A stretch of 32,000 nucleotides of DNA from Candidatus Electronema halotolerans (GTDB lineage Bacteria > Desulfobacterota > Desulfobulbia > Desulfobulbales > Desulfobulbaceae), in NCBI GenBank assembly GCA_942493095.1, contig OW818675.1, forward strand, positions 1,860,001 to 1,892,000, read 5' to 3'. Of this stretch, positions 17,451 to 26,748 are shown piece by piece. Within the stretch, counting starts at the first letter, position 1. Each line of letters starts with the position of its first letter. A program made the position numbers and the translations under genes. The notes beneath the pieces are model-generated. The model was given only the letters and a program-made list of their open reading frames with translations, ran no database searches and was not told the DNA's origin.

Positions 17451-19193
17451 CTACAAACGGCCCAGCAGAGGCGAATTGCTGACAACCGCATCAAATTCGC
17501 GGCGGAAAGCCGGGTACCTTTTGTACTCCTGATTTCTTTTCAGTTCAAGAAATGCAGCCGCTTTGTCCTGCTGTTCATGCAGGATCAGGCATTCCATATA
17601 TCCGCCCAAAGCTTCCGCACCTCTGGCATATCCTTTCCGATACTGGTTGGAGACAATATGCTCGGCACGGTCGGAGGAAATTCGTTCAACAAACTTGAGC
17701 CATTGTTTTTGCTGCGAATCTGAAACAGCGGTTTGCAGCAGCCGCTTCTTGATTTCATCAGCGATAAAGCCATTGCCGTCGCGCCTGCGCATGTATCTTT
17801 CAAACAGAGCCTGAATCGTTTTGGCCTCAGCGTTTCCTTTGCACAGAACAAACAGGATGCTGACATAAACAGCACCTGTCGTTCTTTTCTCGTTTGACCA
17901 GCCAATTGCCGCCTCTTGATCAATTGCTGCATAGCTTTCCTGTAATTGGCCCAACAGCAGCATGATTTTGATGCGCAGGAAAAAATCCGACTGGCTGAAA
18001 AAATGAGGCTGTTTGACCTTGGCAGGCATTGATTCCAGAAAGGAAATAGCCTTGTCCAATTCTGCCTCGCGGACTTGTTGCTTGTCCGCCTCCCGCAGCA
18101 GATCAGCTAAGTACTCCTCCTGCGGATATGAAAAAAATTGTTCCCGTTTGCCCTGCAAAACAAGAATGTTGTCGCCTGTCTGCTCGCCTGCTGCGTACAA
18201 CTGCGCTGCCGCATAAGCCCGCAGACTATCATAGGGCATGGCACGCAATGCCTCCTGCGCAGCGGCAGCCAGTTCGCCCCATGCCTCCGCTTCCCGCAGT
18301 CGATCCAACCAATAGAGATAACCGGTCGGATTGTTGCGTTGACGCACTGCCGCCGCCAGCCCTTGCAGGCCGTCTAACCGCTGCACCGCCTCCAGATGCA
18401 GAAGCACAGCCCGGCTGCTGTCGATGGAGCGCAGCTCTTTTTGCAATTTTTTCAGGAAATCGTCCCAATCTGCCAGTTCACCGGGCCGTGCGTTAAACAC
18501 ATCTTTAAGTGAGGGTAAAATTTCATTTACCGGATCATACCCAAGGCCAAAAAGTTGCCTTCCAAAAGGATGTTGTTCTGCCTCTGTTTTCCGCTCTGCT
18601 TCCATTGCCACACACATCAGTTTGGGCCGCTCTGCTTCAGAGGAAGTTTCATAGACACAACGGCAATACCGGGCCAAGGTCTCCCGCCAGTTGATATCTA
18701 TCTCGTTATATTCAATTGAGTAATCCAACCCTCTGCCGTGCAGAGACAGATCAATTAGTTGCTGATAGGCCTTTTGGGCAAGCTCCAGCTTCCCATCAAG
18801 AAAGAGCCTGTCCGCCTCAGCAAACAAGGCTTCGAGAGACTCCTGCTGTTCTTTGGACATGCTGGGGAATTCTTCATCATAATAATAATCATCTTCTTCA
18901 TAACGCTCTTCGTAATACGAGCCATCTTCAACAGATTTCTGCCAATCCGCAATATCCTCAAGGAGCTTTTCTTTTCTGGCTAAGATGCTGCTATCTTCTG
19001 GCGCAGCTATTTCCTCAAAATCAACAGGATGAGAAATGATTGACAGTCTTTCGAGGAATGACGTTCGTTCCGCAGCAGGAACATCGAGAGCTGCCTGACA
19101 AAGCAAGTCAATTAGCTCGGCTTTGGTCAGTTTGGCGCAATGTTTTTTGATCTTCTCAAGATAGGGCTTCAGAGCCAATGTTTCTGTAGTCAT
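17451..19193 (-). CDS. 580-aa hypothetical protein (all-helical, no TM, no recognised domain)
   Basis: Long uninterrupted ORF with protein-like composition. ATG lies 6 nt after the dxr stop. Contains an acidic, Tyr-rich linker YYEERYEEDDYYYDEEF. The antisense ORFs over it are short and low-complexity. Confidence 0.7.
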   Translation of the reverse strand: MTTETLALKPYLEKIKKHCAKLTKAELIDLLCQAALDVPAAERTSFLERLSIISHPVDFEEIAAPEDSSILARKEKLLEDIADWQKSVEDGSYYEERYEEDDYYYDEEFPSMSKEQQESLEALFAEADRLFLDGKLELAQKAYQQLIDLSLHGRGLDYSIEYNEIDINWRETLARYCRCVYETSSEAERPKLMCVAMEAERKTEAEQHPFGRQLFGLGYDPVNEILPSLKDVFNARPGELADWDDFLKKLQKELRSIDSSRAVLLHLEAVQRLDGLQGLAAAVRQRNNPTGYLYWLDRLREAEAWGELAAAAQEALRAMPYDSLRAYAAAQLYAAGEQTGDNILVLQGKREQFFSYPQEEYLADLLREADKQQVREAELDKAISFLESMPAKVKQPHFFSQSDFFLRIKIMLLLGQLQESYAAIDQEAAIGWSNEKRTTGAVYVSILFVLCKGNAEAKTIQALFERYMRRRDGNGFIADEIKKRLLQTAVSDSQQKQWLKFVERISSDRAEHIVSNQYRKGYARGAEALGGYMECLILHEQQDKAAAFLELKRNQEYKRYPAFRREFDAVVSNSPLLGRL

Positions 19194-19199
19194 TTTGTT

Positions 19200-20360
19200 T
19201 TAGTGCAATTCTTTTATCTCTTGCTGCGTCAGTTCCCGCGCCTTTTGATCCGCAGCCAGAATCGCGGCCAGATCAAGATCATCACCCGCAGCAAACTGCG
19301 TCAGCACTGATGCTGCCACTTTTGCAATATCTGTGAAGCCGATTTCCTGTTCCAGAAAGGCAGCAACCGCAATTTCGTTGGCAGCATTGAGCACCGCAGG
19401 TTTGACTCCGCCTTCCTTGAGCACGGCAAAGGCCAAATTCAGGGCCGGAAAACGCTCGTAATCCGGTTTCTCGAAACTGAGATTGCCGCAGGCGGAAAGA
19501 CTGAGCGGCGACAGGCCAAGGTTGAGCCGTTCAGGATAGGACAGGGCATAAGCAATGGGAATGCGCATGTCAGGAATGCCGAGCTGGGCCATCACTGAGC
19601 CGTCAATGTACTCAACCAAGGAATGGACAATAGACTGCGGATGCACCACCACCCGGATTCTCTCTGCTGGAATGTCAAAAAGCCAGCAGGCCTCGATCAC
19701 CTCCAGCCCCTTGTTCATCAGTGTGGCGGAATCAATGGAAATCTTCCGGCCCATGTTCCAGTTGGGATGGGCCAGAGCTTGGTCAGGCGTGACCTGCGCA
19801 AGCTGCTCTTTCGCCAAAGTGCGGAACGGCCCGCCGGAAGCAGTGAGAATAAGCATGGCCACGTCGTCGCGGCGGCCTGCTTCAAGGGCTTGAAAAATCG
19901 CGGAATGCTCGGAATCTATCGGCAGCAGGGCGACTTTGTGTTTTTGCACAGCCTCCATGACCAAGCGTCCGGCCATGACCAAGGTTTCCTTGTTGGCCAA
20001 GCCAATGTCCTTGCCTGCGGCAATGGCCGCCAAGGTCGGCAGCAGGCCAACAGAGCCGACCATTGCTGAAACCACCATTGCGGCGGATGGCACGGTGGCA
20101 ATCTTGCTGCTGCCCTCTTCGCCGTGGAAAATTTTATCCTGCCAGACCGCAGGCAGCAGCTCGGCCAACTGCGCTGCGGCTTGTTCGTCTGCCACAGAAA
20201 CGCATTCTGGCTGAAACTCCAGCACCTGCTTGGCCAGCTCCGTGACATTGCGTCCGGCAGCCAGCCCGACGATGTGGAAACGGTCAGGAAAGGCCCGCAC
20301 TACATTGAGGACATTGTTGCCGATGGAACCGGTCGAGCCGAGCAGAGAAAGATTTTTCAT
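19200..20360 (-). CDS. dxr: 1-deoxy-D-xylulose 5-phosphate reductoisomerase
   Basis: [18 protein letters not shown] (NADPH site), [18 protein letters not shown] and [23 protein letters not shown] are canonical Dxr motifs. Confidence 0.95.
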   Translation of the reverse strand: MKNLSLLGSTGSIGNNVLNVVRAFPDRFHIVGLAAGRNVTELAKQVLEFQPECVSVADEQAAAQLAELLPAVWQDKIFHGEEGSSKIATVPSAAMVVSAMVGSVGLLPTLAAIAAGKDIGLANKETLVMAGRLVMEAVQKHKVALLPIDSEHSAIFQALEAGRRDDVAMLILTASGGPFRTLAKEQLAQVTPDQALAHPNWNMGRKISIDSATLMNKGLEVIEACWLFDIPAERIRVVVHPQSIVHSLVEYIDGSVMAQLGIPDMRIPIAYALSYPERLNLGLSPLSLSACGNLSFEKPDYERFPALNLAFAVLKEGGVKPAVLNAANEIAVAAFLEQEIGFTDIAKVAASVLTQFAAGDDLDLAAILAADQKARELTQQEIKELH

Positions 20361-21154
20361 GCAAAAAATCCTGCTGTGATGAGCAGATGCAGCAAGGGCG
20401 CGGCAAAAAGCAGGCTGTCGGTCCGGTCGAGCAGGCCGCCATGCCCGCCGAGCATGGTGCCGGAATCTTTGCGGCTGGAGCCGCGCTTGATCACTGATTC
20501 TGTCAAATCACCGACTATGCCTGCGACAGTGAGCAGCACAGCGGCAAGGGCGATTTTCAGGCTGCTGATTTCCGGCAGGAGAAAACAGGCAAGCGCAACA
20601 GCCGCTCCGCTTGCGGCTACTATTCCGCCAATCGCGCCGTTGATCGTTTTGCCCGGACTGACTGATGCACAAAGTTTGCGTTTGCCAAAGGCCCGGCCTG
20701 AGTAATAGGCTCCGGTGTCAGAACCAGCGGTGATGACGGTGAGAAGAAGCAACCATCTGCTGCCTTCCGGCTGACCGTGCAGGAGAATGATAAAGCCGCA
20801 GCAAAGGGAGATGTAGAATACGGAAAAACCGGCGTGGAGAAGAAAGTCCAAAGGGGCGGCAAAGCGGCTGTAAAAAAAGATGACCAGCAGGGCCACGCCC
20901 AGCAGAGCGAGATAGACACCAGTCAGCACTGCCGCTGCTGTGCCGACAGAGGCGGCCAAAACTGGCAGCAGACAGGCGGCAATGGCCAGCGTCCAGGTGC
21001 CGGAGCCGGGAGTCTTGACTGCCATGCGGAAGAACTCGCGCAGGGCTGCTGCGGCTGCGACTGTCATCACCAGCCAGAAAAGAAATGGCGACGCGAAAAA
21101 GAGCAGTAGCACCCACAGCGCAGCCATGAGCAGACCGGGGATTATGCGTTCCAT
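20357..21154 (-). CDS. cdsA: phosphatidate cytidylyltransferase
   Basis: Multi-TM protein with the C-terminal CTP-transferase signature [34 protein letters not shown]. Start set at MERIIPGLL (21154). The track ORF's extra 41 codons are AT-rich insert DNA. Confidence 0.85.
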   Translation of the reverse strand: MERIIPGLLMAALWVLLLFFASPFLFWLVMTVAAAAALREFFRMAVKTPGSGTWTLAIAACLLPVLAASVGTAAAVLTGVYLALLGVALLVIFFYSRFAAPLDFLLHAGFSVFYISLCCGFIILLHGQPEGSRWLLLLTVITAGSDTGAYYSGRAFGKRKLCASVSPGKTINGAIGGIVAASGAAVALACFLLPEISSLKIALAAVLLTVAGIVGDLTESVIKRGSSRKDSGTMLGGHGGLLDRTDSLLFAAPLLHLLITAGFFA

Positions 21155-21185
21155 GTTATTGCCTGTTCGCAGCGTTGCGACGGTT

Positions 21186-21386
21186 TCATACAAGAACTTT
21201 TCCTTTTGCAAGGATTTCTTTAGTGAATGAGTTGTCTGTCTCGATGAACTCTTCCCATTCACGTTTGGTATAGACAATCAAGTCCATCGGAACTTTAGTT
21301 TTCAAAATATCGAAATATTTTTTCACTAATGAATAATTTTCACTTCGTTCGGCGAAACTCTTTGGCAGTTCGTCCTTATTCAGCAA
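21186..21386 (-). pseudogene. nucleotidyltransferase (Pol-beta/MNT-like) C-terminal remnant
   Basis: ...YFDILKTKVPMDLIVYTKREWEEFIETDNSFTKEILAKGKVLV resembles the C-terminal half of small MNT-type nucleotidyltransferases. The N-terminal GS...D.D catalytic motif is absent. It has only a TTG start and overlaps the upstream ORF by 11 nt in another frame. Confidence 0.4.
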
Positions 21387-21603
21387 GGTCTGATTCTAAT
21401 TCAGAAATTAACTCTGATGTTTCTTTTAGAGAAGCAGCGGCCTGTTCAACCTTTTTATCTAAAGATGTTCTTGACCTTCTAAGTTCATCAAATATATAAT
21501 AAAGTTCAGGCCCAGGCAGCAACGGAATAGAACGTAACAACGCTCTTGTCATCTGTTTAAGCAATTTTCCTGTTATGATCTTTTTGTTTTCAATATCAGA
21601 CAT
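21376..21603 (-). CDS. 75-aa hypothetical helical protein
   Basis: ATG lies 5 nt after the uppS stop, with GGAGAG 13 nt upstream. AT-rich (23 of 60 nt G+C in the one line I counted). The C-terminal half is coiled-coil-like (KKVEQAAASLKETSELISELESDLAE). No family recognised. Confidence 0.45.
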   Translation of the reverse strand: MSDIENKKIITGKLLKQMTRALLRSIPLLPGPELYYIFDELRRSRTSLDKKVEQAAASLKETSELISELESDLAE

Positions 21604-21608
21604 TATGA

Positions 21609-22345
<737 letters not shown>

Positions 22346-22349
<4 letters not shown>

Positions 22350-22903
22350 ACTTCCATGACCTCTTTTTCTTTGCCAGCGGCTATTGAATCGATCTCTTTG
22401 ACAAAATCGTCGGTCAGCTTCTGCACCTCATCCTGCTGCCGGGCCATCTCGTCTTCCGAGATTTCCTTGTCATTCTTCTGCGTTTTCAGCGTGTCATTGG
22501 CCTCGCGGCGGTCGTTGCGGATGCCGACTTTGAACTCTTCCGCAATCTTCTTGACCTGCTTGACCAGCTCCTTGCGCCGCTCCTCAGTGAGCTGGGGAAT
22601 GGGCAGGCGGATGATCTTGCCGTCGCTGGTCGGAGTCAGGCCAATGTCTGAACCGAGAATTGCCTTTTCAATAATCGGCAGCATCTGCGGGTCCCACGGC
22701 TGAATGGAAATCAAGCGGGGTTCCGGGATGGTCAGGGCAGCCACTTGATTGAGGGGCATTTTGGAGCCGTAGGCATCCACCTTGATGCTGTCCAACAGGG
22801 ACAGCGAGGCCCGGCCTGTGCGGATTTTGGTCAGGTCACGCTTGAGAGCCTCAATCCGGGCCGCCATTTTTAATTCAGCTTCATCAACAACAGGATTTGC
22901 CAT
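22346..22903 (-). CDS. frr: ribosome recycling factor
   Basis: Full-length RRF-like sequence (...LKRDLTKIRTGRASLSLLDSIKVDAYGS..PLNQVA...LTEERRKELVKQVKK...). SD GGAGA lies 7 nt upstream of ATG 22903. Confidence 0.95.
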
Positions 22904-23534
22904 GATCTTTCTCCATATACGCTGAGATGGATGAGCGGACTATTGTCAAAAAAATGCTCATAAGTTTTTCAATCTCATTCAAATAGTATTCATCAATGTC
23001 AATACAGGCTTTTTTTTCTGACAATTTTATAAATTTCCAAGCAGTTCCTGTGGTGACGCAGCCATACACATCACGCAGCGAATTTCCTTCCCGTTTATTG
23101 TATAGATCAGCCGCATACATTGTCGCAATGCACTGCCCCAATCCTTGAACGATATTCTCTTTTTTCGCCTCAACTATTGCAACCACAGGAGCTGTGATAT
23201 AAAATTGCTCTGAATTCAGACTGATGATGTAATCACATTGCCCATCCAGTTCCTTTGCTTCATCTACCGTGAATGTTGAGCCTGAAAAAAGACTTATCGT
23301 GTTATTTAATGTCCGGCGCAGCTCCGCCATGATTGGCGCGATAATCCATTCTGATCTGGATTTTTCTGTATTGATGGATAACGCTAAGGGAGCAAATTCG
23401 TCCAAAGTGGTCTTTAAATAATCGCTTATTGACACCGCCTCAATGCTCGAACTTGAAAATAAATGATCAGTTTCAATAACATCAATGCCAAGTTTCTGCT
23501 TCACATCTTTTAAGGTGAATTTGCTGTAGGCCAT
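22884..23534 (-). CDS. PD-(D/E)xK nuclease-fold protein, HsdR-N-terminal-domain-like (paralogue B)
   Basis: Motif series: E62 (SEWIIAPI), D101 (CDYIIS), E122-A-K124 (VAIVEAKKEN), Q134 (GLGQC), then VTTGTAWKFIKL. Collinear with the upstream paralogue. AT-rich. The last 20 nt overlap frr. Confidence 0.75.
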   Translation of the reverse strand: MAYSKFTLKDVKQKLGIDVIETDHLFSSSSIEAVSISDYLKTTLDEFAPLALSINTEKSRSEWIIAPIMAELRRTLNNTISLFSGSTFTVDEAKELDGQCDYIISLNSEQFYITAPVVAIVEAKKENIVQGLGQCIATMYAADLYNKREGNSLRDVYGCVTTGTAWKFIKLSEKKACIDIDEYYLNEIEKLMSIFLTIVRSSISAYMEKDHGKSCC

Positions 23535-23543
23535 TTCAGAAAA

Positions 23544-24152
23544 TCACTGCGTTATGTTTTTCTTAGCCTCAATGACAATCCAATTGAGCACATCAAACAA
23601 CTGCTGCAAATTTTCCGCTGCTGAATAGGAAACAACTTCCATTGTCAGAATATTCCTGCACAGCTTGCCAAACTGCCAAAAGTTGCCTGTGGTCACAATG
23701 CCGAATATTTCCTGCTCCATAGTATTGTTAAATTTCTGAGCAGCAATCATTTCAGCCAGCACCTGCGCCCACCCTTCGTTAAAATTTTCTTTCTTCGCTT
23801 CAGCGATGCAAACAATTGGATTTTTAAAGGTTGTTCCGATATCTGACGCAGGGGCAATGATAAAATCAGGCACACCAACCAAGCCTTCTTCTTCCGCAAC
23901 ATCAAATCTGACATGTGACCAGACAGGCAGCCCGTTGTTCTTGGCAACTATGTTCAATATCGGAAATATGATTGATTCACATATCGCATTCTCACTGACA
24001 TAACTTCGTTTTGTTCGTAGATTATCGCTGATAAGATCAAATAAGACCTTGTCAACGACAAGGCTTGTTTCTTGCACGAAAGACTGCTCAACAAGTTTGA
24101 TTTTAAATTTGGTCGCTACTTGTTCATAAGTAGCAAAACTTCCATAAGGCAT
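23544..24152 (-). CDS. PD-(D/E)xK nuclease-fold protein, HsdR-N-terminal-domain-like (paralogue A)
   Basis: Numbered from MPYGSF (ATG 24152): E59 (CESIIFPI), D96 (PDFIIA), E118-A-K120 (VCIAEAKKEN), Q130 (WAQV), VTTGNFWQFGKL. The track start 24185 is a TTG that overlaps pyrH. The N-terminus MPYGSF..YEQV parallels MAYSKF..KDV of paralogue B. Confidence 0.75.
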   Translation of the reverse strand: MPYGSFATYEQVATKFKIKLVEQSFVQETSLVVDKVLFDLISDNLRTKRSYVSENAICESIIFPILNIVAKNNGLPVWSHVRFDVAEEEGLVGVPDFIIAPASDIGTTFKNPIVCIAEAKKENFNEGWAQVLAEMIAAQKFNNTMEQEIFGIVTTGNFWQFGKLCRNILTMEVVSYSAAENLQQLFDVLNWIVIEAKKNITQ

Positions 24153-24174
24153 ATCTACGCCATCAAAGTGAGAT

Positions 24175-24882
24175 TCACGCCACAATCAGCGTCCCCATCT
24201 GCTCGCCTGCAGCAGCACGGGCAATGTTGCCTTGCTTCTTCATGTTGAAGACCAGCACTGGCAGGTTGTTGTCACGGGCAAGAGAAATGCCGGCAGCATC
24301 CATGACCCGAAGCTGATCCTGCAGCACCTTGGTGTAGGTGAGGCGGTCAAAGCGGACAGCATTTGTATCCTTTTCCGGGTCGCGGTCATACACGCCATCC
24401 ACCCGCGTGGCCTTCATCATCACATCCGCGCTGATCTCCAAGGCGCGCAGCACGCCGCCGGTGTCAGTGGTGAAATAGGGATTGCCCGTGCCTGCGGCAA
24501 AGATCACCGCCCTGCCCTGCTCCAGATGCGCCAGTGCCCCGGCGCGGGTGTATGGCTCGCAGACATTCTGCATGGCAATGGCCGAGAGCACCCGGCACGG
24601 CACTCCGACCCGCTCCAGCCCGTCCTGCATGGCCAAGGCATTAAGCACGGTGGCCAACATGCCCATGTTGTCGGCCACAGCCCGGTTCATGCCGCCCGCA
24701 GCTCCGGCCACGCCCCGGAAAATATTGCCCGCGCCGATCACCAGCCCGATCTGCACCCCTTGCTCATGCACGGTCTTGATTTCCTGAGCGACAAACTGAA
24801 TCATGGCCGGGCTGATGCCGTAAGCCCCATCGCCCATCAGGGCCTCGCCGCTGATCTTGAGAAGGATGCGCTGATATGACAT
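24175..24882 (-). CDS. pyrH: UMP kinase
   Basis: [13 protein letters not shown]...[12 protein letters not shown]...[22 protein letters not shown] are canonical PyrH motifs. Confidence 0.95.
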   Translation of the reverse strand: MSYQRILLKISGEALMGDGAYGISPAMIQFVAQEIKTVHEQGVQIGLVIGAGNIFRGVAGAAGGMNRAVADNMGMLATVLNALAMQDGLERVGVPCRVLSAIAMQNVCEPYTRAGALAHLEQGRAVIFAAGTGNPYFTTDTGGVLRALEISADVMMKATRVDGVYDRDPEKDTNAVRFDRLTYTKVLQDQLRVMDAAGISLARDNNLPVLVFNMKKQGNIARAAAGEQMGTLIVA

Positions 24883-24936
24883 GAAAAATGCTCCGTCAAA
24901 GAGGGAAAAAAGGAAAAAGGCGCGGGCGGCAACGAT

Positions 24937-25548
24937 TTACGCGCCGAGCTGGAAGCGGCTGAAACGCTTGATGGAAATGTTCTCGCCCATCTTGACGATC
25001 AGCTCATTGAGCAGGTCTTGAATCGAGACATCAGGATTCTTGACAAACTTCTGCTCCAGCAGGCAGTTTTCAGCCACAAACTTGTCGATTTTGCCATCAA
25101 CAATCTTGGCAACTATGTTCTCAGGCTTGCTTTTGCCAGTTTTTTCAGCTTCCTCTTTGACCTGACTGAGATAGACTTCCCGCTCGCGGGCAATCATTTC
25201 TGCTGGCATGTCCTCCCGGCGGACGGCCACCGGATTGGTGGCAGCGATGTGCATGGCCACATCTTTGGCAAAGGCCTTGAACTGATCGGTCTTGGCGACA
25301 AAGTCAGTTTCGCAGCCAACCTCGACCATCACGCCCAGCTTGCTGTTGCTGTGAATATAGCATTCAACCACACCCTCGGAAGTGGCGCGGTCGGCCCGCT
25401 TGGCCGCCACGGCCAGACCCTTCTGGCGCAGGTAGTCAACCGCCTTCTCCATATCACCCTGGGTTTCCGTCAGGGCCTTTTTGCAGTCCATCATGCCTGC
25501 ATTGGTCGCATCGCGCAGCTCTTTGACCATCTGGCTGGTGATTTGCAT
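24937..25548 (-). CDS. tsf: translation elongation factor Ts (short form)
   Basis: MQITSQMVKELRDATNAGMMDCKKALTET (UBA-like N-terminus). SD AAGGAG upstream of ATG 25548. The track ORF's first 21 codons were discarded. Confidence 0.9.
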   Translation of the reverse strand: MQITSQMVKELRDATNAGMMDCKKALTETQGDMEKAVDYLRQKGLAVAAKRADRATSEGVVECYIHSNSKLGVMVEVGCETDFVAKTDQFKAFAKDVAMHIAATNPVAVRREDMPAEMIAREREVYLSQVKEEAEKTGKSKPENIVAKIVDGKIDKFVAENCLLEQKFVKNPDVSIQDLLNELIVKMGENISIKRFSRFQLGA

Positions 25549-25667
25549 TCGTATCTCCTTTCTCTGCAAGAAAAAATAATCAGCCGGGCTGACCCGGCAG
25601 AATTGTCGCAAAAAGAAGGGGCCTGCCTAAGCCCCTTTCTGAATCGCCGTCCTCAGCCTTGTTCCGT

Positions 25668-26435
25668 TCAGACTTCGGTTGGCTCCACAAAAGCCTTGGC
25701 ACTCATCTCGGCTTCCAGCTCGTCAATATTGGTTGGAACCGCCTCGCCTGCCGCTCCCCGGCCTTCCAAGATGGCATCGGCAATCTGGGAGGTGATCAGC
25801 TTCACGGCCCGGATTGCGTCGTCATTGCCAGGAATAATGTAATCAACGCCGTCCGGGTTGCAGTTGCTGTCAGTCAGGGCGACCACCGGAATGCCGAGCT
25901 TCTTGGCCTCATCCACAGCAATGTCCTCCTTGCGGGGATCGATGACCAACAGCACATCCGGCAGCTTGCGCATTTCTTTGATGCCGCCGACATTGCGCTC
26001 CAGCTTGACCCGCTCCTTCTCCATCTTAAGAATTTCATGCTTGGGAAAGCGGTTGATGCTGCCGTCCTTCTGCATGGCCTCAATCCGCTTCAGCCGATCC
26101 ACGGAATTCTTGATGGTCTGAAAATTGGTCATCATGCCGCCCAGCCAGCGGTGATTGACATAGAACATGCCGCAGCGCTGGGCCTGCTCTTTAATCACTG
26201 CTTGGCTTTGCCGCTTGGTGCCGACAAAGAGAATGGTGCCGCCATTGGCCGCCACGTCGGTCAGGTAGGCGCAGGCTTTGCGGAACATGCGCATGGTGGC
26301 ATCCAAGTTGATAATATGGATGCCGTTGCGCGGCCCATAGATGTAGGGCTTCATTTTCGGGTTCCAGCGTCTGGTCTGATGTCCGAAATGCAGACCGGCC
26401 TCAAGCATCTGCCGCATGGTGACTGTCACTGCCAT
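25668..26435 (-). CDS. rpsB: 30S ribosomal protein S2
   Basis: [34 protein letters not shown]..., with SD AAGGAG upstream of ATG 26435. Confidence 0.95.
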   Translation of the reverse strand: MAVTVTMRQMLEAGLHFGHQTRRWNPKMKPYIYGPRNGIHIINLDATMRMFRKACAYLTDVAANGGTILFVGTKRQSQAVIKEQAQRCGMFYVNHRWLGGMMTNFQTIKNSVDRLKRIEAMQKDGSINRFPKHEILKMEKERVKLERNVGGIKEMRKLPDVLLVIDPRKEDIAVDEAKKLGIPVVALTDSNCNPDGVDYIIPGNDDAIRAVKLITSQIADAILEGRGAAGEAVPTNIDELEAEMSAKAFVEPTEV

Positions 26436-26649
26436 TATTGCTCCTTTTCTGCTTTATGGTTGTTCCTCCACTCCTAAGCCCGATTCCCGCAACGGGAACA
26501 CCAAAGGGCGGCGAGGGAGTGTGTGTGATGGGATGCCTGATTCATTTCAGGCGGTGCTGAAGAAATCTTCTTTATTACCACAAACAAGGCCGGACAGCAA
26601 GCAGTTCCTGCCTGAATGCGGAAAAGTCAGCGGAAATTCAGGGAACAGA

Positions 26650-26669
26650 GGCTGCCGGGACGGGCAGCC
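26650..26669 (-). terminator. possible hairpin terminator after the GGDEF-EAL gene
   Basis: GGCTGCC-6 nt-GGCAGCC (7-bp GC stem) about 80 nt downstream of stop 26749 on the - strand. Followed by a moderately T-containing stretch (tctgttccctgaatttcc), not a clean U-tract. Confidence 0.3.
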
Positions 26670-26748
26670 TTGCCCGCTCCAGTGTGAATTCTTTCTGCCG
26701 CCCTTACGGGAGAGAGACAGATGGCAAAGTCGTTTCATCCTGCTTCAG

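Noticed and set aside
21155-21277. 41-codon N-terminal extension of the cdsA ORF in the track
   Set aside because: The extension is AT-rich insert DNA that overlaps the nucleotidyltransferase stub. The hydrophobic CdsA N-terminus starts at MERIIPGLL (ATG 21154).
24232-26477. Long + strand ORFs at 24232-24879, 25018-25842 and 25659-26477
   Set aside because: All three are antisense to pyrH, tsf and rpsB, which are unambiguous. They are shadow ORFs.
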